The notes under the pieces were generated by a model, which had not been told where the DNA came from, did no database searches, and worked only from the letters and a program-made list of their open reading frames with translations. The position numbers and the translations under genes are program-made. A DNA stretch of 64,000 nt from Amoebidium appalachense (Eukaryota > Protista > Ichthyosporea): contig CAVNZM010000012.1 in assembly GCA_963693365.1 (NCBI GenBank), positions 3,485,617 to 3,549,616 on the forward strand, given 5' to 3'. Within the stretch, counting starts at the first letter, position 1; every line of letters starts with the position of its first letter. This document shows, in pieces, positions 39,533 through 51,075 of the stretch.

Positions 39533-40426
39533 GGCAGGCCGTGGCACCTTGATTTCGCAAAGTAGTTTCTGGGCGGGCCTCCACCTACTTCACCAAACCT
39601 ACTTGACACAAGGTGCCACAAATTTGATTGGATGGTATAGTAGTATAGTACAGCGATCGCACAAACAACCGATTGCGCTAATCGGATCGCCGGCAGGCCG
39701 TGGCACCTTGATTTCGCAAAGTAGTTTCTGGGCGGGCCTCCACCTACTTCACCAAACCTACTTGACATAAGGTGCCACAAATTTGATTGGATGGTATAGT
39801 AGTATAGTACAGCGATCGCACAAACAACCGATTGCGCTAATCGGATCGCCGGCAGGCCGTGGCACCTTGATTTCGCAAAGTAGTTTCTGGGCGGGCCTCC
39901 ACCTACTTCACCAAACCTACTTGACATAAGGTGCCACAAATTTGATTGGATGGTATAGTAGTATAGTACAGCGATCGCACAAACAACCGATTGCGCTAAT
40001 CGGATCGCCGGCAGGCCGTGGCACCTTGATTTCGCAAAGTAGTTTCTGGGCGGGCCTCCACCTACTTCACCAAACCTACTTGACATAAGGTGCCACAAAT
40101 TTGATTGGATGGTATAGTAGTATAGTACAGCGATCGCACAAACAACCGATTGCGCTAATCGGATCGCCGGCAGGCCGTGGCACCTTGATTTCGCAAAGTA
40201 GTTTCTGGGCGGGCCTCCACCTACTTCACCAAACCTACTTGACACAAGGTGCCACAAATTTGATTGGATGGTATAGTAGTATAGTACAGCGATCGCACAA
40301 ACAACCGATTGCGCTAATCGGATCGCCGGCAGGCCGTGGCACCTTGATTTCGCAAAGTAGTTTCTGGGCGGGCCTCCACCTACTTCACCAAACCTACTTG
40401 ACACAAGGTGCCACAAATTTGATTGG
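39533..40426. repeat. 159-bp tandem repeat, about 5.6 copies, internally palindromic
   Basis: Units start at 39533, 39692, 39851, 40010, 40169, 40328; identical except for one C/T site. Confidence 0.97.
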
Positions 40427-40649
40427 TCGAGATAATTTATATAGTAAAAATATGATTGGCTCAGAGAGTTTCCTTTTGTACAGTACAGGGACCGGCTTAC
40501 GTCACCGCCATGGCGTAATCGATAGACCGACAACCACCGGATCGGATGACATCACGGGGTACCGATGACGTACTCACCTGTACAAATAACGACCAACATA
40601 TGTCGCCACGCCCAGTAGTAGAGCGCATAGTGTCTCGAAAGATACAAAA

Positions 40650-41822
40650 ATGGTCGGTTCGTTTGTATTGTACGAACGGTTGAACATCCCCCAAGCCCGA
40701 GACGTGGGGTTTCCAGCGACCTCACCCGAGCTTGACAGGTTGTTCAGGTGTGGATCGGGTGCCACGGCCAGAATGATACGTTTGCTTGACCCCCTCTGTC
40801 CTGCGACTGAAAGCATATCCTCAAGGGCGGTATTCAACGTGCTGGGGTACACTGAGTACACGGACTACACAAAGTCTATGTTTAAGGAAATTCTGCCCAG
40901 TGACTTCACATTGGTATTCCTCCCCGCCACCAGCGGTGGTCGTCGGTGCCACGACCACCTGCTTAACTCGCGCGCGTTGCGGGCGGTGACCGAGGCAGCA
41001 ACTGGACCTTTCCGTGGCGAGATTCGTAGCTGGGCAGCAGGCGTCACTTCAGCTTTTGTGCGTCTAGGCCCAGACCTTGACAACCCGCTGCGTGTTGCTG
41101 TCTGTGCGGCCCTGGTCGCGGAGGACGAGCGTGCAAGCGCGGCCGCGGCAGCACTGCGTAGTGTCCCTGCGGTATCGTATAACCACACCATCAACGCCAT
41201 GTCCTACGCGCTCGTCGAAAAGGATGAGATCATAGACGGCCTTCGTGTTCGGGAACAGGCGCTCAAGGATGAGATTGCGGCCCTCAAGGCTGGGGTCGCG
41301 GCAGAAGGCGCGATCGTTAACACCGAGATTGAAGTGAAGGCGGTCAGGGATGAAGTGGTAAGGCTGAAGGCTGCGGCCGCGGCAAAAGCTGCGATCATCG
41401 ATGCGGCCAAAGCGGAGGTGGCGCGGAAGGACGCGACGATCGATGCACTCAGGTCAGCGCTCAGGTATTCGTTGGTGGCGCTCAGGGGTATGGTGGCGGC
41501 GCTCAAGCCTGAAGCCGAGGTCGCAGAAAAGAACACGGTCATCAGCCCCCTCGAGACTGAGGTCGCGGCAAAGGACACGATCATCAGCACCCTCAAGGCC
41601 GAGCTCGCGGCAAAGGACACGGCCATCACCACCCTCAAGGACCAGGTCGCGTCGAAGGAGACCTTCATCGACGCCATCCTCGAGGCCACGCCGACCGACA
41701 ACGCGCCCAAGACCGCCGCGCTCACGAAGCAGCGCGCGGCCGGGCGCACCCCCGCGGCCCGCGAGCCGCCGCGCAAGCGCGCAAGGTGTGTCTTCGTGAA
41801 CGGGTGCCCGATCATCGAGTAG
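40650..41822 (+). CDS. MSV199/AntA-like N-terminal domain plus coiled-coil repeats
   Basis: ISSRAVFNVLGY...DF...GGR..DHLL; 14-aa repeats EVAAKDTIISTLKA; basic C-terminus. Confidence 0.6.
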   Translation: MVGSFVLYERLNIPQARDVGFPATSPELDRLFRCGSGATARMIRLLDPLCPATESISSRAVFNVLGYTEYTDYTKSMFKEILPSDFTLVFLPATSGGRRCHDHLLNSRALRAVTEAATGPFRGEIRSWAAGVTSAFVRLGPDLDNPLRVAVCAALVAEDERASAAAAALRSVPAVSYNHTINAMSYALVEKDEIIDGLRVREQALKDEIAALKAGVAAEGAIVNTEIEVKAVRDEVVRLKAAAAAKAAIIDAAKAEVARKDATIDALRSALRYSLVALRGMVAALKPEAEVAEKNTVISPLETEVAAKDTIISTLKAELAAKDTAITTLKDQVASKETFIDAILEATPTDNAPKTAALTKQRAAGRTPAAREPPRKRARCVFVNGCPIIE

Positions 41823-42059
41823 TCCTACTATGAACCTTACCCCGTTGCACCGTGTGCACCGCCGGTAGAATCATTCGAATCGTTGTGCACGTGTGGTAAC
41901 TTCTTTATTTGTAATAAACGAGACCCGCTCCGGTCGGGCTGAAACTAACATGACCACATATTCGTTGCCTCCTAAGTTGTATTCCTGAAGTTGGATACCC
42001 GTGTAAAAAGTACATATACACCCCAATACACAAGTGTTGCCCCCACTGCTACCCCACCC

Positions 42060-43482
42060 CTAACCTATGTGGTGGAGAGCGACGAGCTCTCCCAGTGTGG
42101 TTTTCAGTTTGTCCGTGGCATGCGGCAGGACCATACGGTCGTTGATGTATAGGCCCCCGGATAGCTCTTCGCACACAATGCGAATGTCGGGTGACAATTG
42201 GTTGAGGTCACCGTGCAGTCTCACCGTTGAAAGAGTGGAGAGTCTCAGCTTCTTCAAGTGGGGCGGGATGTCAAACGACGCGTGGACATAGTCTTCGTCG
42301 TCCGGCTCGCAATTGTCATGTTGGAACACCTCGAGGGTGCGCACCGAGTCCGCAAACTTGTGCAGCTCTGTAAGTACGCGAGGGGGGGGGGGCGCGCACG
42401 ACACTAGGCATCCGGTAGCCATCTTCCAGAGTCCATCTTGAGCACGGCATGGTGCATACGAAAACCTTGACGCCGCACACCGTCAGCCGGCCACCGTACC
42501 CCATCCCCGTCGGGTCAGACCCCCCGAGGTTCACAAAATCAGCGTTCACGAGTTTGCCGGTGAATTTTTCCCCTTCCAACCAAACAAAACCAGCCCCTGA
42601 TATTACGTCGAAAACCACCTCGCCGTATGCCTTGATTACGACCTGCTTGATGGCGCGGCAGGCCTGAAGACCCCGAATGGTGTGCACCATTGTGTCGTCC
42701 GTTTCGAGGTCAACGTCCTCGTTCTCTGCGTCGTATGTAACTCCGAGATTCTCCAACGACGGGGGGAGCAGAAGCGTGGTGTTGTGTCTCATTTCATACT
42801 CATACACATTGTGGTAGAGCTGGGCTTCGAGTGTTTTCAGCTTGCTGAAAACTGAAAAATCCCAGACGTACGTGGTGACTTCCGCGTCAGGATCCGTGTC
42901 CGGTCGCATAAAAAACCCGTCTATCGTGACCAGATTTCTCAGGCATGCCATGTTTGCCATTCGCCCGAAGTGGATGCCCCATGTGGGAAAGATCGGGGGC
43001 GCGGGATGCCAGCCGGGGGATGAGGGTTCGTCACGCTTCCACGGATCGACGGGGTGCGTGGCCACGAGTTCGGTGAGGTTTGGGAAGGCCTCCATGCTGC
43101 TTAGAGTGAACGGGGTCAGTTTTCCCTTGCCCGTCGGTATTCGCGGAACGAGCTTCAGGGCCTTGACATGGTCGAACATGGGTGTGTCCGGCACCATCCA
43201 GAGCTCGTCGAGCCACATGGAGATGGCCGCCATCTTCACCCTGTACTTGTTTTCCCCTTGCACAAACTTCACGCGGGCACTGTCCGGGTCGAACGTGTAG
43301 CCCATGTTGACGTAAAACGGGCTGGTTACGGCTTGTGTGGCCAGCTCCATGACTTTTCGGTGGCACACCTTGTTAACACATGCCACGTTCATGCGGGTGT
43401 TGTGGTCCAGCAAGTCGAATATGCGGCGCACGGCCTCGGTGGGTAGGATGGGGAGGGTTGTTTTGGAGTGTGTGGCGCCCAT
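42060..43482 (-). CDS. putatively myristoylated F-box/LRR protein, frameshift in a G-run (about 42385)
   Basis: MGATHS; F-box LPTEAVRRIFDLLD...VACVNK; LRR-like FPNLTEL, LPPSLENL; continues in ORF 42060-42422. Confidence 0.7.
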
Positions 43483-43833
43483 CTTGCTATGCTGCTGGGG
43501 TCCATCTATTGTCTGTGGTGTGGGTCTGATTGTAGCTGAGTTCGCGTCGCTCTTTTTGTACACCTGTTTTTGCGCGACCGCAGCGAACCTTGATGTTCCA
43601 TCCAATGAAATCGCAAACATAAAGGGCCATCAAGTGTCATCCAATGAAATCGCACATTTCAGAACGCTCACCAATTATCAACAAGCCGTATTGCACGGGT
43701 TGGTGGTTTCTATTGGCTGGATGGTATCTAATCTTTATTGTCATTGGTTTACGGGTGCTTTGTTAGCGCAACCCCATGACCCCTGTCCAACCCTTTGGGA
43801 TCACAAAACTGGTTTCATTGGCCGCCCGCGGGC

Positions 43834-44960
43834 CTACAAGGTCATGCCGGCGAAGTCCCTCCGCAGCCTGTCAACCTGCTCGTACACACGGTTCAGTGCC
43901 CCGTCGACCACCTCTCCAACCACGTCGGACGCGGGCGGCCCCCTGGTCGGCATCCGCCCGGGCCAGAAGTCCGCGCCCGCGGGAACGCGGTCCATATCCG
44001 CCGGGGCGACGTCGTACGCGGCCTCCATCCACTCCACCACACCTGGCGCGCCACGCACCGCCGCATACACTTTCCCGTCCGCCTGCCGGACAACGGAGTC
44101 TGGGCCGTATGTGGTCACGCGTTGCTCGACCGCGGCGTCGTCGAGCGCGTCGCCAAACACTGAGAGCACGCTGTCGAAGGCGTGCGACACGGAGTCGCGG
44201 TCCATGTTGTCGTACACGCTCTGGGCTGCCAGAGACTTTAGCGGGCGATCTTTGCGCCCGAACGGGAGTCTGCCGTCTGCGGCGTTGCCGCCGGGGAAGG
44301 GACAGCGCCCGAACCGGACAGCGGCTGTGTATGGCTCGTAGAGTCCGGCGGCGAGTGACGACCCCGCGGCGAGGGGCTTGGCGTTCGGGCAGACGCGTTG
44401 AAGGCCGTCTGCGAGACGCGTTCCGGTCACCACCCAACGCCAGACCGTGCCACCATACATTAGTGTGATGTGTTGTTCGGGTGACGGATCGTAAGGGGCT
44501 GGTATGTTCAGGCGTTATACCAGTCCAAAGCTGCGCCCCCATGTTGGTTGCCAGTACGTATCGGATGTACAGGGGGTAGGACACCAACGTTGTTGCGCCG
44601 GTGTCGTCGTCGCGGCACTGCACCGGCACCAGGATGGCCGTGTTCTGTTGCCACTCCACGCGCAGGCTTCGCTATACACGCCGCCCGACGGCCTGGACGG
44701 TATTGATGCGCCAGCGTTCGTCACGCTTGTTGTCCCCGGCCTGCTGCCACCTCTCCTCGAACGCGGGGTGGGTTAGCCGGTTCAGGTCGGGTAGGCCCGG
44801 CGCACACGCTGGCGGTCGGACTCCTGGTTTCCCACCACCAGGGGTGTGTCGATCAGCAGCTGGAGGAACGCGTGCATGTCCGCCACCGAGTACACAGCGT
44901 ACTCGTCCATGCACCATGCCTTGTCGGGGTTGTACAGCATCGAGGTGTTGAGTCCCATTG
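43834..44960 (-). pseudogene. fragmented hypothetical gene
   Basis: Consecutive coding-like segments in different frames (MGLNTSML..., DLNRLTHP..., EWQQNTAIL..., MYGGTVW...). Confidence 0.4.
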
Positions 44961-45170
44961 TCTGCGGGGTACAAAATCTACACGCCTCAGTCCACCATAC
45001 CGCTTTTATGCGCCCCTGGCCAATCACATCTTCGGAACGGCGCGGCCGTGGCCTGACGCAATCAACGCCGTCCATGTGACGCAATCGCCTCCCAGCCACG
45101 CGGTTGGTATTAAAGGGCTCGTGTCACACAAGCACAAGCACAAGCCACACACACACCCAGCAAACACACC

Positions 45171-46641
45171 ATGGCCGCCACCTACGCCATCTACGACCGC
45201 CTCGCCATCGCCGGCGCGCGCGAGGCCGGCTTCCCCCGCGATCTTCCCCGAGCTCGAGCGCCTGCTGGGCACCGTCGGCGACGACGTGGTGGTCAAGGTG
45301 CTGCGCTTCCTGGACCCGTTCCTGCTGGACAGCACCGAGACCATCTCCGGGCGCGCCGTGTTCCGCCTGCTGGGGTACGGCCGCTACGAAGAGTTTGCTA
45401 GAGCCATGTTCAAGGGGCGGAATGGGTTGCCTGGCTTCGTCCCAGTCGGCAACTACCGTGTTGTGGAGATGGAGGTATGTCTCAGATTCATAACTTTGGG
45501 AGAGTTTCGCCTGTCATAATGATCTGGGGACTCATTAATTTTCGCTTCGGGCTGAAGTTTCCCAGTCTGTGATTGGTTTGTGACGTCATATGCCGGCATG
45601 TGTTCGGACCACAGCCGAGGCCGACCCCGAGCCAAAGGTTTCCGCCTTGCTCTCGTCTACCAACCCTCTGCTGGGCCACGGATGTGCGTGTGTGGGCTGT
45701 TGATGTTGCCGAGGCCTTTGCCCGCATGGCCGCCACCAACAAGGATGAAGCCTCTCTCCGCCATGCGCGCCACCCTTGCCGCGGCCGAAGACCGTGCCGC
45801 CGCCGCCGTAACCGAGCGCGACCAGGCCATCAACGACAAGGAGGCCGCGGAGGCCGCGCAGGGCCGAGGCGCTCGCGACCCTCGCTGCCGCCCTTGCCCG
45901 CGTGAAGCTCGAGCCGCTGACCCTCCCCAACCGCATGCCGGCGACCGCGGGCGGCACATACACGGACAACCACGCGTTCAAGCGCCTGACGCGCGCGTTC
46001 GGGTACCTGTGCGTGGACACGCTGTACGGCGACGGCGTGCGCTGCGCCAGCACGTACACGGGCATGATCATGGCGACGACGGGCGTGTGCTTTGTGTTTC
46101 AGTCGGGGGAGATCTCCAACATCGTCGCCACCACGGGGCTGCAGAAGGCCATGAAGGAGCGCATCCGGCTGTGGACCGGCGAGGAGCCCCATACTCGACC
46201 GACATGACCACGCAGCAGCTGTACACGTTTATCACCAACTACACGCGCTGGTATGTCGAGTACTGCAAGGCGCCCGTGCTGCTGCGCCAGTCGACCATCG
46301 ACAACGCGGCCGGGGGCGCAGCCGAGCACGAGGTGCACGTGGAGATGGCGTCGTGGCTGGAGGCCATCAAGGACAAGTTTCCCGACATCGAGCCGCTGGA
46401 CCTCGGGCGCACGGTCAGCATGCACGACCCGCTGGTGAACCGCGGCGAGCAGCTCAAGGGGCAGACGGTGCTGGACGTGTATGTGCAGCGCGGGCGGCTC
46501 GGGCGCAGGCGCAAGGTTGCGCGGCTGGAGAAGCCCGCGGGGCCCGTGGACGTGTGCATCATCGAGGACAGTGAAACACGGATGAGTAGGGGTGTGTGGT
46601 GGGCTGGGGTGTTTGTAGTTGTGCACCGTGTGCACGCGTAA
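45171..46641 (+). pseudogene. chimeric gene: 40650-type N-terminal domain plus KilA-N-family C-terminal domain, several frameshifts
   Basis: YDRLAI..ARE.GFP..FPELERL, FLDP...TETISGRAVFRLLGY; the C-terminus TDMTTQQLYT...FPDIEPLDL matches TEITAQMAYT...FPGIKPLDI. Confidence 0.65.
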
Positions 46642-46726
46642 CACTTTTGTGAATAAACAGACTAAGATGTAGTGGTGGCGGCCACAGACTCCAATGGACC
46701 ATGTTTATTTGGCGGCACTGCCGCGG

Positions 46727-47521
46727 TCACGCAAACAGGCACGGGGCCAGCCGATGGTACCACTGGGCCGAGTGGCGGTTGCGCACGCCCTCCTTGAACC
46801 ATGCGCGGCCCGCGATGGCCGCGATGGCGGGGCCGTCCGCGTTGGCGCCCAGCCGCCCCCCAAACGCGATCCACGGCTCGTGGTCGAGGTCGCGCAGCAC
46901 CGTTGGGGCCCATGTCTTGTGTGGCGCGGTGTGGTCGTTGGCCAGGCCCATGACGCGCAGCCACACGCCCGGGCGCGGGTACATGGCATGCGAGCCTTTT
47001 GCACAGAACACCACAGGGCGCCCGTCCGGGTTTTTCTCGACGTCGACGAACCACTGCCACTTCCCTTCGACGTCGCCGTGCGCGCTGAAGTACGCGCGCG
47101 CGGGGGTGCTCGCGCCGGCCGGGAATACCAGGTCGACAAACTCGACGTCCGCGTGGTGCCAGCCGAGGTTGAGGGGCGTGTACCCGTTGTTGTACACGAA
47201 GAAGTACACGAACATGAGGTGCAGCTCCCCGTCCGCGACGCGGGCACAGTAGTACACCGGGGCGTCGTCGGCGGGCCCCTGCTCTGGCGGCAGTTCGTGG
47301 CCGTCGATCGGTCTGAGATAGAAGTTGTGGTCGGTGACGCCCCCCACCTGATGCGGGCTGGGCGCGGGCACGCGGAACAGCGCGTCGTCGGCCTTGAGCA
47401 GGGTGCACGCGGCGAAGTATGCTTCGATGTGTGTGGGAAAGTGCGTTTCGCGATTGTGAAAGTGTAACACCGGGTTGAACCGGGCAGCAAGTGCCTGTAC
47501 GTCCCAGTCCTTCGTGTCCAT
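46727..47521 (-). CDS. Vps62-like (DUF946) protein
   Basis: FNPVLHFHNRETHFP, APVYY, YFFVYN, HHADVE, YFSAHG, RPVVFCAKGSHAMYP. Confidence 0.8.
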   Translation of the reverse strand: MDTKDWDVQALAARFNPVLHFHNRETHFPTHIEAYFAACTLLKADDALFRVPAPSPHQVGGVTDHNFYLRPIDGHELPPEQGPADDAPVYYCARVADGELHLMFVYFFVYNNGYTPLNLGWHHADVEFVDLVFPAGASTPARAYFSAHGDVEGKWQWFVDVEKNPDGRPVVFCAKGSHAMYPRPGVWLRVMGLANDHTAPHKTWAPTVLRDLDHEPWIAFGGRLGANADGPAIAAIAGRAWFKEGVRNRHSAQWYHRLAPCLFA

Positions 47522-47564
47522 GCCTATGGACGGGAAAAACGCACGGCGCGTACCAGGGTGCGTG

Positions 47565-49484
47565 CTATTGAAGCCGGAGCATGACGGTGTACTCGCCGTG
47601 GATGGGTGTGCCGTGCTCGTCCTCCATCTGCACGCCGATGTTGTTGATCGCCCCGTAGGGCATGAGCGAAACAAACACGGGTGTGTTGGGCTCGTACAGG
47701 TCGTTCGTGGCTTTGTCCGTGGGGATGACCGCCAGTGGGCGCTGTCCGGCCACCTGCCCGATGACCCGGGCGTTGTTCACGATCAGATACACGAAGAGGC
47801 GGCGCGGAGACGACGCGTCTTTGGTGTAGGGTATTCCGTGCATCATGCCCGTGGCGTAGCCGTACGGCCCCGGGAAGGTCGCGGCAAACATGTCCAGCAG
47901 GCTGGGTCCGCATGCGCTTGGGTCGTAGCTGGTGAGCCCGTTGCGAAAGCCGAGCGAACGGGCCGCGGAGCCGGACAGCGTGAACCTTGCACAGCGGATG
48001 CCCGCGATGACGGCCACCGCGAAGCGGTACACCGCCTGGAGGTTCGAGAACGACGGGACGACGGCCACGGAGAGTCTCGGGCCAATGGTGCGTGCGTAGT
48101 GCATCGGGTTCCCGATGACGCCATTGATTATGTCCAGCCAATCGGCCGCGGTCGTTGGCTTCGTGTGGGGGAATGCGGATACGTACATGCTGGCCAGATC
48201 GAACACACACGGCGGAATGTTGTCGTACACCGAGAGGCCCGCGAACGTGTCCCGCGACGCGTCGTGCAGCCCAAGGGGTTGGGGCGCAGCTGTCACTATC
48301 TCGCGTGCGATGTCTTCGGTGCAGCGCACCTTGAAGTGGTATAAATTGCCGTCTCCGCCCGGCCTGGATTGCAGGCGCCAGTCCGCCCAGGCGTGACTGT
48401 ATGGCACGAGCTGTTCCGGAACGACGGGTGTGGTGGCCACGGGTGGGATCTTTTTGGACCCGTTCGCCAGCGCGGCGGCCCCGTCCGTGTATATGCTCGT
48501 GGCGTCCGCTGTGTAGACTCTCCTGAGGGGTCCTGCCGAAGGGTCTATTTCCGTTTCCGGCTCGACCGAGGCTCTGTCAAACACGACGACACGAACGGAG
48601 ATGTTCTCGCCAATCGCGTACAAAGCGATACGAAGCGAGTAGGACGGCTGTCCCTTGCAGACCTTTTCGGCGGCGGTGAAGATGTTGCACAGCACCTTGG
48701 CCGGCCAGGTCATGGCGTCGGTGGTTGTGTCCACTGTCAAATCGAGGGTATACCATTCGTCGTACAAGGGAAACCCCCCTTCCGCACCCGTGTGTAGTGT
48801 TGGGGGGGCGTATGATGTCAGCGGTAGTTCGGGGGTCTTGTAGGGTATGACCAGCGTTCGCGTGTGGCCCCCTGTGAAGATGACCTCGTCGGGTCCCAGT
48901 CGGTCGATAGGCACCGAGGCGACGAGTGCGACCCCCGGGCGGATTGCCGCGTCCAGTACAAAGAGTACACAACCCACCACACGCATGCGGCCTATTTTTT
49001 CTGCGAGACTGTACGGCCCCGTGTACTCTATTTCCAGTTTGTATGATGGGTTGACGATGGCGATCCCCCTTGCAAGTGATACCGGCGGGTACGCAAGACA
49101 TACCCCGCCCGCAAACGCGCCCAGTGGCTGTCGACGTGGCTTGTTCAGTTTCTCCTCCAACGTCTTTGCCAGATCGGCAATGGTGTAGATACCGTGCGGT
49201 ATCTTCAGCGCGAGGCTGTCCTGGATGTCGCCTATCTCGACACCCACGTGCAACGAGTCCGTCGCGGGCCCGATTGTGCACATAGAGTGGATGGTAAAGT
49301 GCTCGAGGCTACAAGACCTCTTTGTCCCGGTTATGACGTCCTGTGTGACCTGCGATCCAGGTTGACCCGCGTTGCACAGCGCGACGCTTTCGTATGTCGA
49401 AGGCGGCGGAGGCTTCTTCCTGGCCGCAGCGGGTCGCCTGAGGAGGGCCAGCTCGCGCTCGATGTTCTGTGTGGCAATACTCAT
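47565..49484 (-). CDS. putative penton/minor capsid protein with a large insertion
   Basis: IPHGIYTIADLAKTL motif and C-terminal FVYLIVN...INNIGVQMEDEHGTPI...VMLRL, typical of single jelly-roll penton-like proteins. Confidence 0.55.
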   Translation of the reverse strand: MSIATQNIERELALLRRPAAARKKPPPPSTYESVALCNAGQPGSQVTQDVITGTKRSCSLEHFTIHSMCTIGPATDSLHVGVEIGDIQDSLALKIPHGIYTIADLAKTLEEKLNKPRRQPLGAFAGGVCLAYPPVSLARGIAIVNPSYKLEIEYTGPYSLAEKIGRMRVVGCVLFVLDAAIRPGVALVASVPIDRLGPDEVIFTGGHTRTLVIPYKTPELPLTSYAPPTLHTGAEGGFPLYDEWYTLDLTVDTTTDAMTWPAKVLCNIFTAAEKVCKGQPSYSLRIALYAIGENISVRVVVFDRASVEPETEIDPSAGPLRRVYTADATSIYTDGAAALANGSKKIPPVATTPVVPEQLVPYSHAWADWRLQSRPGGDGNLYHFKVRCTEDIAREIVTAAPQPLGLHDASRDTFAGLSVYDNIPPCVFDLASMYVSAFPHTKPTTAADWLDIINGVIGNPMHYARTIGPRLSVAVVPSFSNLQAVYRFAVAVIAGIRCARFTLSGSAARSLGFRNGLTSYDPSACGPSLLDMFAATFPGPYGYATGMMHGIPYTKDASSPRRLFVYLIVNNARVIGQVAGQRPLAVIPTDKATNDLYEPNTPVFVSLMPYGAINNIGVQMEDEHGTPIHGEYTVMLRLQ

Positions 49485-50011
49485 GGTTGTTACTCAAGAA
49501 CATAATTGTGTCTTGCCCCTCGCAGGCACTTTACATCTCACGCGATCCTGTGGGTTGAGGAGTACCGAGACTGTGGCCGCAACCAACGGCCCAACCGCCG
49601 GGTCCCAGTATGCGCCCGTCTTGGTGATGACCTCCCCGTTCTCGGTTGTCCAATCCACTGGCACGTACTGCAGGTTAAACTCTATCTCTGCGGGCCAACG
49701 ATTGTCGGTGGGGGTGGCGAGCTCCATAGCATGCAGCCGACAAAAATTTCTGCCCTTACCGTGATGCCTCACGTAGTCGCCCTGGCCCCCGGGCCAGCCC
49801 CACCACGACAGACGGATGTTCACCCATCCGCGCCCTGACGCGGCGCGGGGCGCCAGTTGGCACGTGTACCCAGCACGCGACGCGGACCTCATTGCGGACA
49901 CGGTGACGTCAATGGCCGCCGAGCTCAGGTATGGGCACCGACCGCGTTCCACTGCACCGCGGAATGCGCTGGCCGGGTATCCGCGAAAGTATTTTGGGGC
50001 TTCATACCACT

Positions 50012-50215
50012 ATGGATAGGAATGATCGGTTGATGCGGATGGTGCTATTCGCGGCCCTGGGATTTCTGTTGTGGCGCGAAGTCAGTGAAACGGAGGACGA
50101 CACATTTTGGGTGGCGGACGCGGAGACGACGTCGTCGTCATCGCCCATCGTGGACGAGTCGAGCGGGCGACCGGTGCTGTTCCAGACCTACCGCTACCAA
50201 CCGGCGGCTATATAA
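50012..50215 (+). CDS. small single-TM protein
   Basis: MDRNDRLMRMVLFAALGFLLW. Confidence 0.45.
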   Translation: MDRNDRLMRMVLFAALGFLLWREVSETEDDTFWVADAETTSSSSPIVDESSGRPVLFQTYRYQPAAI

Positions 50216-50221
50216 GCGGAT

Positions 50222-50674
50222 GTGCCTCGCTGGAATCCGCAGACCGCGACCGCGAATGCACAGAACATCGACAACATGGCGACCAATTGCAACGCGTGTG
50301 GCCTGGCCGCGTCAACCTGCTCTGCGCAAGCACACGCCCCCCAGCCCACTCTTAACGTGCCCGGCTGTCCACTGTTCGAGCTGTCCCAACTACCACCGCT
50401 TCCCGACCTGCCGCCCCTTCCCGCCCTTTCGCCCCCACCCCCTGTTCCCCAACTTTCGGGTTGGGGCGACATGGGGTTGTCCAACTACCGTGACTACAAG
50501 GAGTCGCTCGAGATTCTCTACCGCATCATGCAGCTCCAGCAACGCGTACACCCCAGCAACCCCGCCAAGCGCGAGCCGGCCGACAGCCCCGGCCCGAAAA
50601 AGCGCCCGGCCCGACGGGTCAAACTGACCGAGCCCGCGGCCGATGTGCACGGCAATGTCGGTTCGCTAGTATGA
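50222..50674 (+). CDS. Pro-rich hypothetical protein
   Basis: 150-aa ORF with a CxxC motif and a basic tail; start uncertain. Confidence 0.4.
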   Translation: MPRWNPQTATANAQNIDNMATNCNACGLAASTCSAQAHAPQPTLNVPGCPLFELSQLPPLPDLPPLPALSPPPPVPQLSGWGDMGLSNYRDYKESLEILYRIMQLQQRVHPSNPAKREPADSPGPKKRPARRVKLTEPAADVHGNVGSLV

Positions 50675-51075
50675 TGTCCGTCACGGACGAGACTTTTATT
50701 GTGGTGGACTGCTCTGCAGTGAACTAGGCTAGTTTTGCTAATAATTGCGATATTCCTATCTTTGATGCTTTATAAGAACGCTTTTTTATAAATTAACTTT
50801 CTTGTTGCACGCAGTACGATAATTCGAAATTTACAGTCTTTTTGTACGCAGTACGATAAGCAGTTGAATATTCGGAAAACTTGCGATTTACAAGACGTGT
50901 TGGTTATGGACAGCTTAAGACCGGTTATGGTGTTTTACAGTGGTGAATACGATTATGGGCACTACAAAATACTAAGTCACGGTTATGGAAGATACAAAAA
51001 ATTAGAGATGGTTATGGAAATTAAGTTTACGAGGCGAATAAAAGAACATTATCATTGTGAAGACTGTACGTCCGT

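Noticed and set aside
39533-40426. CRISPR array
   Set aside because: Units are identical throughout, with no unique spacers and no cas genes.
39520-40533. 337-aa ORF across the tandem array
   Set aside because: It is open only because the 159-bp unit is 53 codons and lacks a stop in one frame; the peptide is not protein-like.
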